Assembly (NCBI GenBank): GCA_024638815.1
Contig: JAHEJM010000013.1
Span: 1 to 58,012, forward strand
DNA from: Acidimicrobiales bacterium
Lineage (GTDB): Bacteria > Actinomycetota > Acidimicrobiia > Acidimicrobiales > SZUA-35
Direction: 5' to 3'
DNA: 58,012 nt
Shown here: in pieces, positions 10,064 to 19,451 of the stretch
Layout: each line of letters starts with the position of its first letter
How positions within the stretch are numbered: the first letter of the stretch is position 1
The notes under the pieces: generated by a model
What the model was told of the DNA's origin: nothing
Databases searched by the model: none
What the model saw: the letters and a program-made list of their open reading frames with translations, nothing else
Translations under genes and position numbers: made by a program

Positions 10064-10558
10064 TCAGCTCCGAACCAGTTGCCAGGTGGACAGTCCGGCC
10101 AGAATGCCGGATGCCAGCACCATGATCAGCCCGGCACCGGGGAGCCAGCCCGCGAAGCCGATCCGATTGACAAGGTGAAGCAGCTGCCACAACGGCAGAC
10201 CGACCGCTCCCAGGGCCAGGATGCCTCCCTGCACCGCCGCCATTCGACGCCGGGGTACCAGGCCTGCGGCGATGCCGAAGATCCCGAGATAGAAGGTGTA
10301 CAGGCCGGCGCCGGCGAAGCCGCTGTAGCTCAACCCCATGTTGACGGTGATCCACGGCAGGAACGAACCGACGATCACGCCGAAGGCGGCGAACAGGAGC
10401 TGACGCTGTGCCGGATGGAGGCGGCGACGTAGCCTCGGGCCGTTGGTCTGCTCGGTCGTTGGCCCGGCCGATGCCGGGTCGCCGGTCGCCATGGCGGTGG
10501 CAGCCGAAAGCGGTGCCGTCCGGGAGCGAGTCGGGTTGGAGAGAACGGTGTCGGCCAT
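10064..10558 (-). CDS. Hypothetical integral membrane protein
   Basis: GSFLPW motif, four hydrophobic segments, SD-like AGGGGG upstream. Confidence 0.7.
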   Translation of the reverse strand: MADTVLSNPTRSRTAPLSAATAMATGDPASAGPTTEQTNGPRLRRRLHPAQRQLLFAAFGVIVGSFLPWITVNMGLSYSGFAGAGLYTFYLGIFGIAAGLVPRRRMAAVQGGILALGAVGLPLWQLLHLVNRIGFAGWLPGAGLIMVLASGILAGLSTWQLVRS

Positions 10559-10738
10559 GAGATCCCCCTGTGTGGTCGACGTTCCCGCGCTCCTGGTTCC
10601 CCCACTCGAGCGACCCTTGTGAACCCGTTGCCTGGCGCCGGTGCGCCGTGCGGGAATGTCGATGTGGCGTGAAGCTGCGGGAAGACTGGTGGGAGTGACT
10701 GTAGAACATCGATCCGGTGCCGATCCCGTGCCTGTCGG

Positions 10739-10866
10739 TGAATGGTGTCGACGGGGTGCTCAACGGTGGCCGGCGACCTTCGAACGGTTGACGAAGTCGC
10801 CGGTGTGACGTCCGGCACCGTTGGCGGTCGAACGGTGACCGCTGGAGCGCCGGCTTCGGCCGTCGA
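10739..10866. promoter_or_regulatory. Two oppositely oriented sets of putative LytTR-binding direct repeats (21-bp period)
   Basis: Minus strand ACCATTCA/ACCGTTGA/ACCGTTCG at 10739, 10760, 10781; plus strand ACCGTTGG/ACCGCTGG/GCCGTCGA at 10817, 10838, 10859. Confidence 0.65.
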
Positions 10867-10946
10867 CGGTCGGGCCCTTTTCACGATGGCCGTCGGGGGA
10901 CTTGTGTTGAGGTAACCGTCCAACCACCAAAGGGGGATTGATCGCA

Positions 10947-11246
10947 GTGACTCCTGACGATCGAAAGCACTACTGGCGCTCGAACCTGAGACTCATGGCC
11001 GTGCTCCTGACCATCTGGGCCCTTGTGGGTTTGGGAGCCGGCACTCTGTTCGTCGACGCCCTCAACAACGTCAATATCGGCAATGTGCCACTTGGATTCT
11101 GGATGGGTCAACAGGGATCCATCTTCACCTTCGTCGCCCTCATCGGTGTCTACGTCTGGCGTATGGAAAAGCTGGACGAGTCCTACGGCATTGATGAGGA
11201 GCGTGACATCGCCCAGGGCGTGTCGAAATCAGGGGAGGCGCACTGA
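10947..11246 (+). CDS. DUF4212 small membrane protein (SSS partner)
   Basis: YWRSN.RL...LL.IW, PLGFWMGQQGSI..FV.LI.VY..RM..LD. Confidence 0.88.
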   Translation: MTPDDRKHYWRSNLRLMAVLLTIWALVGLGAGTLFVDALNNVNIGNVPLGFWMGQQGSIFTFVALIGVYVWRMEKLDESYGIDEERDIAQGVSKSGEAH

Positions 11247-12916
11247 TGGGTACGCTCGGATGGACCCTCGTCTGGGTCATCATCACCTTCGGCCTCTACA
11301 TTGGCATCGCCATTCGAAGCCGGGCCAAGGACACCAGCGACTACTACGTCGCCGGCGGCGGGGTTCCCGCCATCGCCAACGGCGCCGCCGTGGCCGCCGA
11401 CTGGATGTCGGCCGCATCGTTCATCTCCATGGCCGGCCTCGTGTCGTTCATGGGCTACGGGGGATCGGTCTATCTCATGGGCTGGACCGGCGGTTACGTG
11501 CTGCTGGCCCTGCTCCTGGCTCCCTATCTCCGGAAATTCGGCAAATACACGGTTCCCGACTTCGTGGGCGACCGGTACTCCGATGGTGCCCGCATTGTGG
11601 CCGTCATCGCCGCCATCTTCGTGTCGCTGACCTATGTGGCCGGGCAGATGCGAGGCGTCGGTGTGGTGTTCAGCCGATTCCTCGAGGTCTCGGTCACGAT
11701 CGGTGTGATCATCGGTATGGCCGTGGTGCTGTTCTATGCCGTGCTCGGCGGTATGAAGGGCATCACCTGGACCCAGGTGGCCCAGTACTCGGTGTTGATC
11801 GTGGCCTATCTGATTCCGGCGGTGGCCATTGCCGCCAACCTGACCGGCAACCCGATTCCCCATCTCAGCTTCGGTGAGATCCTGGGCGAGCTGGACGGCA
11901 TTCAGGAGGACCTTGGGTTTGCCGCCTATTCTGCGGAATTCGCCACCTTCAGCCGGATGAACCTGTTCCTGATCACGGCCACGCTGATGTTCGGTACCGC
12001 CGGTCTGCCCCACGTGATCGTTCGGTTCTACACCACCCGAACGGTGAAGGAAGCCCGACGATCGGCCTTTTTCGCCCTGTTCTTGATCGCCATTCTCTAC
12101 ACCACGGCTCCGGCCATCGGTATCTTCGCCAAGTACAACATCATCGACACCATCAACGGTCAGCCGGTCGAGGAGGTGCAGTCCATCGATTGGGTCGAGG
12201 GCTGGTCGAATGCCGACTTGTTGACCTTGGAGGACAAGAACGCCGACGGCATCATCAGCTACACGCCGGATGCCGAGACCAACGAGATGATCGTCGACCG
12301 GGACATCATGGTTTTGGCCAACCCGGAGATCGCCGGTCTACCCACCATCGTCGTCGGCCTGGTCGCCGCCGGTGGTCTGGCCGCCGCACTGTCGACGGCC
12401 TCGGGCCTGCTGTTGGTGATCTCATCGTCCATCGCCCACGATCTCGGCTACAAGCTGGTGTGGAAGGAAGCGACCGAATCTCAGCGGTTGCTGATGGGTC
12501 GCGTGGCCATGGCCGGGGCCATCATGGTCGCCGGCTACTTCGGCATCAATCCACCGGGCTTCGTCGGTGAGGTGGTGGCGCTGGCCTTCGGCCTGGCTGC
12601 AGCCAGCTTCTTCCCCATCCTCACCCTGGGGATCTTCTGGAAGCGGGCCAACGCCGCCGGGGCCATGGCCGGCATGACGGTGGGCCTCAGCTTCGCCGCC
12701 TTCTACATGTACATGGTCATCTGGGGCGGAATGGAGCCCTGGTTCGGCATCGACAAGGCCGGAATCGGCATCATCGCCGCTCTCCTCAACGGCATTGTCA
12801 TGGTGGCTGTGTCGCTCATGACCGCTCCACCGTCGGAGGAGTTGCAGGAGTTGGTGGAAGGTGTGCGGTATCCCGGCTCCTATACCGCCGAGGTACGGGA
12901 GACGTTGGCGAACTAG
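11246..12916 (+). CDS. actP: Cation/acetate-type sodium:solute symporter
   Basis: ADWMSAASFISMAG, PYLRKFGKYTVPDF, GGMKGITWTQ, GTAGLPHVIVRFYT, ANPEIAGLP. Confidence 0.88.
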   Translation: MGTLGWTLVWVIITFGLYIGIAIRSRAKDTSDYYVAGGGVPAIANGAAVAADWMSAASFISMAGLVSFMGYGGSVYLMGWTGGYVLLALLLAPYLRKFGKYTVPDFVGDRYSDGARIVAVIAAIFVSLTYVAGQMRGVGVVFSRFLEVSVTIGVIIGMAVVLFYAVLGGMKGITWTQVAQYSVLIVAYLIPAVAIAANLTGNPIPHLSFGEILGELDGIQEDLGFAAYSAEFATFSRMNLFLITATLMFGTAGLPHVIVRFYTTRTVKEARRSAFFALFLIAILYTTAPAIGIFAKYNIIDTINGQPVEEVQSIDWVEGWSNADLLTLEDKNADGIISYTPDAETNEMIVDRDIMVLANPEIAGLPTIVVGLVAAGGLAAALSTASGLLLVISSSIAHDLGYKLVWKEATESQRLLMGRVAMAGAIMVAGYFGINPPGFVGEVVALAFGLAAASFFPILTLGIFWKRANAAGAMAGMTVGLSFAAFYMYMVIWGGMEPWFGIDKAGIGIIAALLNGIVMVAVSLMTAPPSEELQELVEGVRYPGSYTAEVRETLAN

Positions 12917-12950
12917 ATCAACGACCGAACCTGACAGCAACACGGTGACA

Positions 12951-12980
12951 GTGGCGGGACGGTGCGTCCGTCCCCCCCCA
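12951..12980 (+). terminator. GC-rich hairpin after actP
   Basis: GGGACGG-TGCGT-CCGTCCC inverted repeat ~35 nt after the stop; no U-tract. Confidence 0.45.
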
Positions 12981-13223
12981 AGTCCCTTCCCCCCAAGGGC
13001 CAGCCTCAGGCTGGAGATTGAACCCCGGCCCAGACCCTGCCGGGGTTCAATCGCGCCCAGGACGACACCGATCAGCTGATCCTTGTCACCGGGGTTCGGC
13101 CGGGTCCGGCTGCCGGGTTTTGGTGACGGGTTCAAAACGCCGCGTGCAGCCAGCCGCCCGATGCGGCTACATTCGCATAGGTCAAACCCTGCTTGCGTGG
13201 GGAGTACAGAGGAGAGTTTCGCT

Positions 13224-14408
13224 ATGAAGACCTGGATGAAGCTGCTTGCGTTTCTGGCAGCATTCGCCATCGTGGTGGCGGCCTGCGGATCGGACGACGA
13301 TGAGTCGACCGATGCCGGTGAGGACGCTGAGACAACCGAGACCACCGAGGCGACTGAGACGACCGAGACCACCGAGGCGACCGAGGAGACCGAAGCGACT
13401 GAGACGACCGAGGGAGAGGCGGCCGGGGACTTCACCCCGGTCAAGGCCTGCTTCGTCACCGATGACGCCGGCGTCGACGACCGTAGCTTCAACGCACTCG
13501 GATGGAAGGGTGTGAACGATGCCGTTACCAGTGGTGCGGCCCAACCCGATCCCATCCTGCTCGAATCCACCAGCGAGGCGGACTATCAACCTCACGTCGA
13601 GACCTGTCTGGCCGAGGGCGCAGAACACATCATCACTTCCGGATTCAAGTTGGCCGACACCACCGGTCAGTTCGCCGAGCAGAACCCGGATGTTCAGTGG
13701 ACGATCATCGACTTCGGGTCGCTTGGGCCCAACGTGACGGGTTTGGAGTACCAGACCGATGAGGCTGCCTTCGCCGCCGGCTACCTGGCCGCCGGTGTCA
13801 CCGAGACCGGTGTCGTAGCCGTCTACGGCGGTGAGAACATTCCCACCGTGTCGATCTTCCTCGACGGTTTCGCCCGAGGCGTCAACCACCACAACGAGGC
13901 CAAGGGTACATCGGTTAGCGTGCTCGGGTGGGACGTCGATGGACAAGAGGGAACCATGACCGGCACGTTCAACCCCGCCGATCCGCTGGTCCGGGCAACC
14001 TGCGAGAGCCAGATCGATGAGGGTGCGGACATCATTCTGCCCGTCGGCGGGGCGATCAACCTTCCGTGCGGAACGGCCATCCAGGACCGGGGCATCGAAG
14101 GAGCGTTGATCGGCGTCGACGCCGACGCCTTCGAGGCCGCGCCACCCGAGTTCCAGGACTTGTGGCTGACCTCGGTTCTCAAGGGAATCGACATCCAGAC
14201 CCAGCGGTCGATCGAGGCCCATGCTTCAGGTCAGCCCCTCGGCGGCGCAAGCTTCGTCGGGAACCTGGAGAACGAGGCGGTCGGTCTGGCCCCCTTCCAC
14301 TCGTGGGAGGACCGGGTGTCGGCCGAACTGGCCGATGAGACGACTCAGGTGCTCGAGGACATCAAGAGTGGCGCTATCACCTGGGAGAAATTCGCCGTAG
14401 GAGGCTGA
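13224..14408 (+). CDS. BMP-family nucleoside ABC transporter substrate-binding lipoprotein
   Basis: SD AGGAG, lipobox VAAC, Thr/Glu-rich linker, G.DDRSFN..GW.G, EAAFAAGYLAA, IGVD.D, LTSVLK. Confidence 0.92.
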   Translation: MKTWMKLLAFLAAFAIVVAACGSDDDESTDAGEDAETTETTEATETTETTEATEETEATETTEGEAAGDFTPVKACFVTDDAGVDDRSFNALGWKGVNDAVTSGAAQPDPILLESTSEADYQPHVETCLAEGAEHIITSGFKLADTTGQFAEQNPDVQWTIIDFGSLGPNVTGLEYQTDEAAFAAGYLAAGVTETGVVAVYGGENIPTVSIFLDGFARGVNHHNEAKGTSVSVLGWDVDGQEGTMTGTFNPADPLVRATCESQIDEGADIILPVGGAINLPCGTAIQDRGIEGALIGVDADAFEAAPPEFQDLWLTSVLKGIDIQTQRSIEAHASGQPLGGASFVGNLENEAVGLAPFHSWEDRVSAELADETTQVLEDIKSGAITWEKFAVGG

Positions 14409-14428
14409 TCGGCAACCGAAAAGGTGCA

Positions 14429-14465
14429 ACAATGAGCCCCCGCTGTCGAAGCGGGGGCTCATTGT
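14429..14465 (+). terminator. Perfect intra-operon stem-loop (terminator/mRNA stabiliser)
   Basis: ACAATGAGCCCCCGCT-GTCGA-AGCGGGGGCTCATTGT, 16-bp stem between binding-protein and ATPase genes. Confidence 0.75.
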
Positions 14466-14504
14466 CATCTAAACTCGCCTCGGTGGAGCAGGGAGGACCG
14501 ACAA

Positions 14505-16019
14505 GTGGCGCTTGAGCTACGAGGTATTACGAAGCAATTTCCTACCGTCCTGGCCAACGATGATGTCAACCTGACGGTTGAGCCGGGTGAGATCGTGGCT
14601 CTGCTGGGTGAGAACGGAGCGGGCAAGACGACCTTGATGAACGTCCTGTTCGGCCTGTACTCACCGGACGCCGGTGAGGTCGTCATCGACGGTGAACCGC
14701 TCGAGCTGGGCAGCCCCGGGGCATCGATCGAAGCCGGCGTCGGCATGGTCCATCAGCACTTCATGCTCGTCCCGGTCTTCACCGTGGCCGAGAACGTGAT
14801 CCTCGGGTTGGAGCCTTTGAAGAGCCTCGATTGGATCGACCGCAGTGCGGCGAGGAGGATGGTCCTCGACATCTCCGAGCGCTTCAATCTTGCCGTTGAC
14901 CCCGACGCCATGGTCGAGGACATCCCGGTCGGCGTTCAGCAGCGGGTGGAGATCATCAAGGTGCTGGTTCGAGATGCTCGCTACATCATCTTCGATGAAC
15001 CGACGGCGGCTCTCACACCGCAAGAGGTGGATGAGTTCTTCAGCATCGTTCGCGGTCTCAAAGAAGACGGCAAAGGCTTGATTTTCATCAGCCACAAGCT
15101 GAACGAGGCCCTCGAGGTCGCCGACCGAATCGTGGTCTTGCGGGACGGGAAGACGGTGGGGGAGGCCGATCCGAAGGTCGCCACCGAAGGCCAGGTGGCC
15201 GAGCTGATGGTAGGCCGGCCGGTGGACTTGGTGGTCCACAAGGAGCGGGCGGACCCCGGCGACGTGGTGCTGTCGGTCAGGAACCTGGTGGTGCTCGACG
15301 ACAGGGACCACGCCGCAGTCGACGGGGTCTCGCTGGAAGTGAGGGCCGGTGAGATCGTCGGCGTCGCCGGGGTGCAGGGGAACGGACAGACCGAACTGGT
15401 GGAGAGCATCACCGGCATACGACCGTCGCTGGCCGGAAAGGTGTTCCTTGCCGGCGAGGACGTCACGTTCGAGGATCCTCGTGACATCCACCGTCGAGGA
15501 ATTGCACACGTCCCGGAAGACCGTCAGGAGGCCGGCCTCATCCTCGACTTCACGGTTGCGGAGAACATGGTCCTTGACTCGTACTACGACCGGCCTTTCT
15601 CGCGGGGAATCTTGATGGACTGGGGGGTTGCCACCGAGTCGTCGCAACGGCTGGTGGACGAATATGACGTCAAGACCACTCGTGTCGATGTTCCGGTATC
15701 GACCCTGTCGGGCGGCAACCAGCAGAAGGTCATCGTGGCCCGCGAGTTCGACCGGGAGGTGAAGCTCGTAATCGCCGCCCAACCGACGAGAGGAGTCGAC
15801 GTCGGTTCGATCGAGTACATCCACAGTCGAATCGTCCAGGAGCGCGACGAGGGAGCTGCCGTGCTCATCGTATCCTCGGAGCTGGACGAGGTGATTGCCC
15901 TATCGGATCGTCTCCTGGTGATGTTCAAAGGCAAGATCGCCGGTGAGTTCGACCCGGCTGCGGCAACCACCACCGAGATCGGACTGGCCATGCTCGGATC
16001 GGGGCCTGACAATGACTGA
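14505..16019 (+). CDS. Nucleoside/sugar (CUT2) ABC transporter ATP-binding protein, two ABC domains
   Basis: GENGAGKTT, GMVHQHFML, DEPT, LSGGNQQK, QPTRGVD. Confidence 0.95.
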   Translation: MALELRGITKQFPTVLANDDVNLTVEPGEIVALLGENGAGKTTLMNVLFGLYSPDAGEVVIDGEPLELGSPGASIEAGVGMVHQHFMLVPVFTVAENVILGLEPLKSLDWIDRSAARRMVLDISERFNLAVDPDAMVEDIPVGVQQRVEIIKVLVRDARYIIFDEPTAALTPQEVDEFFSIVRGLKEDGKGLIFISHKLNEALEVADRIVVLRDGKTVGEADPKVATEGQVAELMVGRPVDLVVHKERADPGDVVLSVRNLVVLDDRDHAAVDGVSLEVRAGEIVGVAGVQGNGQTELVESITGIRPSLAGKVFLAGEDVTFEDPRDIHRRGIAHVPEDRQEAGLILDFTVAENMVLDSYYDRPFSRGILMDWGVATESSQRLVDEYDVKTTRVDVPVSTLSGGNQQKVIVAREFDREVKLVIAAQPTRGVDVGSIEYIHSRIVQERDEGAAVLIVSSELDEVIALSDRLLVMFKGKIAGEFDPAAATTTEIGLAMLGSGPDND

Positions 16020-17253
16020 TGCCACCAGCGTGGATGAGGCCGGAGCCACCCCACCCCCCGACGAAGGAACCCCACCGCCGGGAGGTGATCAACCGGATTG
16101 GCTCCCGAGGATCACGGGCGTAGGCGAAAGCGTGGGCCGCGCTCTACTGGTTCCCGCCCTGGCCCTGGTGCTGGCTCTTTTCGTCGGCGCCATCATCATC
16201 ATGGTCACGGACGTCGATGCGTGGCGGATCATGGGAGAGGACCCCCTAACCGCCCTCGGGCAGATGCTCGAGGGGGTCGGTGTGGCCTATCGAGAGCTGT
16301 TCTTTGGCGCTTTTGGTTCGGTGCGGGCCATCTCCGAGACACTGTTTACTGCAACACCGCTCATTCTGAGCGGCCTGGCAGTCGCCATCGGATTCCGGGC
16401 CGGACTCTTCAACATCGGCGCCCGCGGCCAGATGTTCATGGGCGGCCTGTTCGCCGTATGGGTGGCTCTCCACGTCGAACTTCCGGCGGTGCTGCATATC
16501 CCGTTGGCGATCCTGGCGTCCATCATCGGCGGTGGCCTGTGGGGCGGACTGGCGGGGTTCCTCAAGGCCCGGACCGGTGCCCACGAGGTGATCACGACGA
16601 TCATGCTGAACTTCGTGGCTGCCTTCCTCGTGCTGTGGGCACTCAAGACATCGGTGTTCCAGGAAGAGGGTTCGAACCTGCCCCAGTCGGCCCGGCTGGC
16701 CGAGTCGGCACGCCTCCCGCCGATTTTCGGTTCCGAATTCCGGGTCTCGATAGCCCTCTTCATCGCCTTGGGTGCCGTGTTCTTCATCCAGTGGCTGCTG
16801 TTCCGATCCACCCTGGGCTTCGAGTTCCGTGCTGCCGGGTCGTCTCCCCGGGCCAGCACCTATGCCGGCATGAAAGTGCCGCTTCTGTACACCGCCGTGA
16901 TGTTCATCTCCGGAGCGCTGTCCGGGGTGGCAGGGGCGACGATGACGCTTGGACTGCCGCCCTACAGCGTGACATCGAACTTCCCCGGCACCATCGGCTT
17001 CGATGCCATCGCCCTTGCCCTGTTGGGACGATCGCACCCCTACGGGGTGTTGTGGGCCGGTTTGCTGTTCGGAGCCCTCACCGCAGGCGGACGCACCATG
17101 CAGGCGGCGGCAGGAGTGTCGGTTGATCTCGTGATCGTCATGCAGTCGCTCATCATCATCTTCATCGCCGCTCCCGAGCTGGTTCGCGCCGTGTTCCGTT
17201 TGAAACCCATTGAAGAGGGGCCAACACAAATGACGAAGGGGTGGGGGGCATGA
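16012..17253 (+). CDS. Nucleoside ABC transporter permease
   Basis: GLFNIGA.GQ, GAHEVITTIMLN, GFDAIALALLG. Confidence 0.93.
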   Translation: MTDATSVDEAGATPPPDEGTPPPGGDQPDWLPRITGVGESVGRALLVPALALVLALFVGAIIIMVTDVDAWRIMGEDPLTALGQMLEGVGVAYRELFFGAFGSVRAISETLFTATPLILSGLAVAIGFRAGLFNIGARGQMFMGGLFAVWVALHVELPAVLHIPLAILASIIGGGLWGGLAGFLKARTGAHEVITTIMLNFVAAFLVLWALKTSVFQEEGSNLPQSARLAESARLPPIFGSEFRVSIALFIALGAVFFIQWLLFRSTLGFEFRAAGSSPRASTYAGMKVPLLYTAVMFISGALSGVAGATMTLGLPPYSVTSNFPGTIGFDAIALALLGRSHPYGVLWAGLLFGALTAGGRTMQAAAGVSVDLVIVMQSLIIIFIAAPELVRAVFRLKPIEEGPTQMTKGWGA

Positions 17254-18527
17254 CGACGGTGCTTGAGTCGAGCCAGATTGTCGACAAGAACAGAGCCACG
17301 CCGGAGGAGCGGCGCTCCTCAATAATCGGCGCAGTACTCATCGCCCTCGGCCTCTACGTATTCTGGGCATTCGGTCTCCGTGTGGACGGCGACCTCGATG
17401 CAACCTTCAACCTCTCCCTTCAGACCGATCGGTTCAAAGACCTTGCCTGGGTCGTGAACGCCAGGTGGTTGTCCATCGCCGTTGCTGCGATTCTGGTTGG
17501 GCTGGGTACCTGGCGATTGACGAGATCGGCTCTTCGCTGGACGAACATTTCGCTTGCGGTCGGTTTCGGTCTGTTCTCGCTCGCCTTTCTGGCGTGGGCC
17601 GCAGCGGGATCCCAGTTCAGCATGGTCGGCATGTTTCGCTCGACGGTGATCCTCGCCGTCGTGGTCGTGCTCGGGGCCCTGTGTGGGCTCATGTGCGAGC
17701 GGGTTGGGGTGATCAACATCGGCATCGAGGGTCAACTCCTGGCCTCGGCATTTGCCGCCGTGGTTCTGAGTAGCGCCTTCGGCACCTTCGTCGGCGTTCT
17801 CGGAGCGTTGCTGACCGGCGGTCTACTGGGGTTGCTGCTGGCCTGGCTGGCCATTCGATTCCATGTGGACCAGATCATCGCCGGAGTGGTGATCAACTTC
17901 CTCGCCCTGGGCTTGACGTCCCTGATGTCGGCCCGCATCCTCTCGGACGTCCAGAGCTTGAACGCGCCGGCCCGTATACCCGCCATCAGAATCCCGCTGC
18001 TGGCCGACATTCCTGTCGTGGGTCCCGTGCTGTTCGATCACACCTATTTCGTCTACGGGATGTTCCTACTCGTGATACTGCTTCACCTTGGGCTGTTCCA
18101 CACTCGTTGGGGGCTGCGGTCCCGTTCCGTGGGCGAACATCCCAAGGCTGCGGACACGGTGGGGATCAACGTCTATTGGATTCGCTATCGCAACGTGGTC
18201 CTGGGCGGGGTCATTGCCGGCTTCGGAGGGGCCTTCCTTGGTTTGGCCCAGGTGGCCCGCTTCGAGGAGAACATGACCGGCGGGATCGGCTTCATCGGCC
18301 TCGCCGCCATGATCTTCGGCCGTTGGATGCCGGTCGGTGCCTTGGGGGCGGGGCTCGTCTTCGGGTTCGCTCGGGCGGCGCAGCAGAAGGTCGCAATCCT
18401 CAACACCGGGATTCCATCCGAGTTCCTGCTCATGCTGCCCTACGTGGTGACGATCATCGTTGTCGCCGGAGTGGTGGGCAGGACCAGGCCGCCGGCGGCG
18501 GACGGTCAGCCCTACATCAAGCAGTAG
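17250..18527 (+). CDS. Nucleoside ABC transporter permease
   Basis: ERVGVINIGIEG, GLR.RSVGEHP.AADT.GINV, GFIGLAAMIFGRW, PAADGQPY. Confidence 0.93.
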   Translation: MTTVLESSQIVDKNRATPEERRSSIIGAVLIALGLYVFWAFGLRVDGDLDATFNLSLQTDRFKDLAWVVNARWLSIAVAAILVGLGTWRLTRSALRWTNISLAVGFGLFSLAFLAWAAAGSQFSMVGMFRSTVILAVVVVLGALCGLMCERVGVINIGIEGQLLASAFAAVVLSSAFGTFVGVLGALLTGGLLGLLLAWLAIRFHVDQIIAGVVINFLALGLTSLMSARILSDVQSLNAPARIPAIRIPLLADIPVVGPVLFDHTYFVYGMFLLVILLHLGLFHTRWGLRSRSVGEHPKAADTVGINVYWIRYRNVVLGGVIAGFGGAFLGLAQVARFEENMTGGIGFIGLAAMIFGRWMPVGALGAGLVFGFARAAQQKVAILNTGIPSEFLLMLPYVVTIIVVAGVVGRTRPPAADGQPYIKQ

Positions 18528-18638
18528 CGATCGGTTGCCACGACCCGAAAGGAAACGGTCTGCTCATGGCCGGCGGGCATGTCGACGAGGCCGGCACCTG
18601 AGGATAGTGCACTGATGGCAGTGGCATCGTAGAACGCG

Positions 18639-19451
18639 ATGATTGCATTGATCACCGGCAGCGGCCTGTACGACATCCCCGACCTGGCCAACCGTCAGGT
18701 CCTGACCTTCCACAATCCCTACGGCCTGCCGGTCACGGTGACCACCGGGATCTGGAACGGCCACGATGTCTGTTTCGTGGCCCGTCACGGATCCGACCAT
18801 TCGGTGGCGCCCCACGCCATCAACTACCGGGGCACCATCGCCGGGTTGAAGCAGGCGGGAGCCACTGCGGTGCTGGCCACGGCCGCAGTCGGCGCCATTA
18901 CGCCGTCCTGGCCGTCGGGCACCTTGGCCGTGGTCAGCGACTTCATCAACCTGACCTCGGGTCGGCCCGACACCTTCTTCGACGGGCTGACCGAGCCGAT
19001 GGCGGGAATCGTTCCGAGTTCCGACCTCGGTGACGGCGGAGAATCGGTCCTCCAGGTCGTGCACACCGACATGAGCGAGCCCTACGATCCTCGGCTTCGA
19101 GCCGCCATCGTGGCCGCTGCCGAACGGATTGGTATCGCGATCGAACCCTCGGCCGTGTACTGTTGCGCCAACGGCCCCCGGTTCGAGACCAAGGCCGAGA
19201 TTTCCATGATGGCCCGGCTGGGAGGTCAGGTTGTGGGCATGACCGGCTACCCCGAGGTGGCCCTGGCCGTCGAGGCCGGACTTCCCTACGCCTCGATCGC
19301 CCTCGTCTCCAACCCGGCGGCCGGGGTTGGGGCCGACGCCGCCATCGTGTCGGTCGACGAGGTGGTGGCGATGCTCCGGCGGATGGCCGGTGACGTCTAT
19401 CGCATCCTCGAAGCCACCGTGCACACCCTTTCGGACGGGACCGGTCGATGA
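18639..19451 (+). CDS. MTAP-family purine nucleoside phosphorylase (probably methylthioinosine-type)
   Basis: GSGLY, ARHG..H...PH.INYR, GPRFETKAE, VVGMT, NPAAG. Confidence 0.9.
   Translation: MIALITGSGLYDIPDLANRQVLTFHNPYGLPVTVTTGIWNGHDVCFVARHGSDHSVAPHAINYRGTIAGLKQAGATAVLATAAVGAITPSWPSGTLAVVSDFINLTSGRPDTFFDGLTEPMAGIVPSSDLGDGGESVLQVVHTDMSEPYDPRLRAAIVAAAERIGIAIEPSAVYCCANGPRFETKAEISMMARLGGQVVGMTGYPEVALAVEAGLPYASIALVSNPAAGVGADAAIVSVDEVVAMLRRMAGDVYRILEATVHTLSDGTGR

Noticed and set aside
13328-13412. GAGACCACCGAG-type tandem repeats (also 28700-28790 and 46140-46260)
   Set aside because: They encode ordinary Thr/Glu/Ser-rich linkers of secreted proteins.
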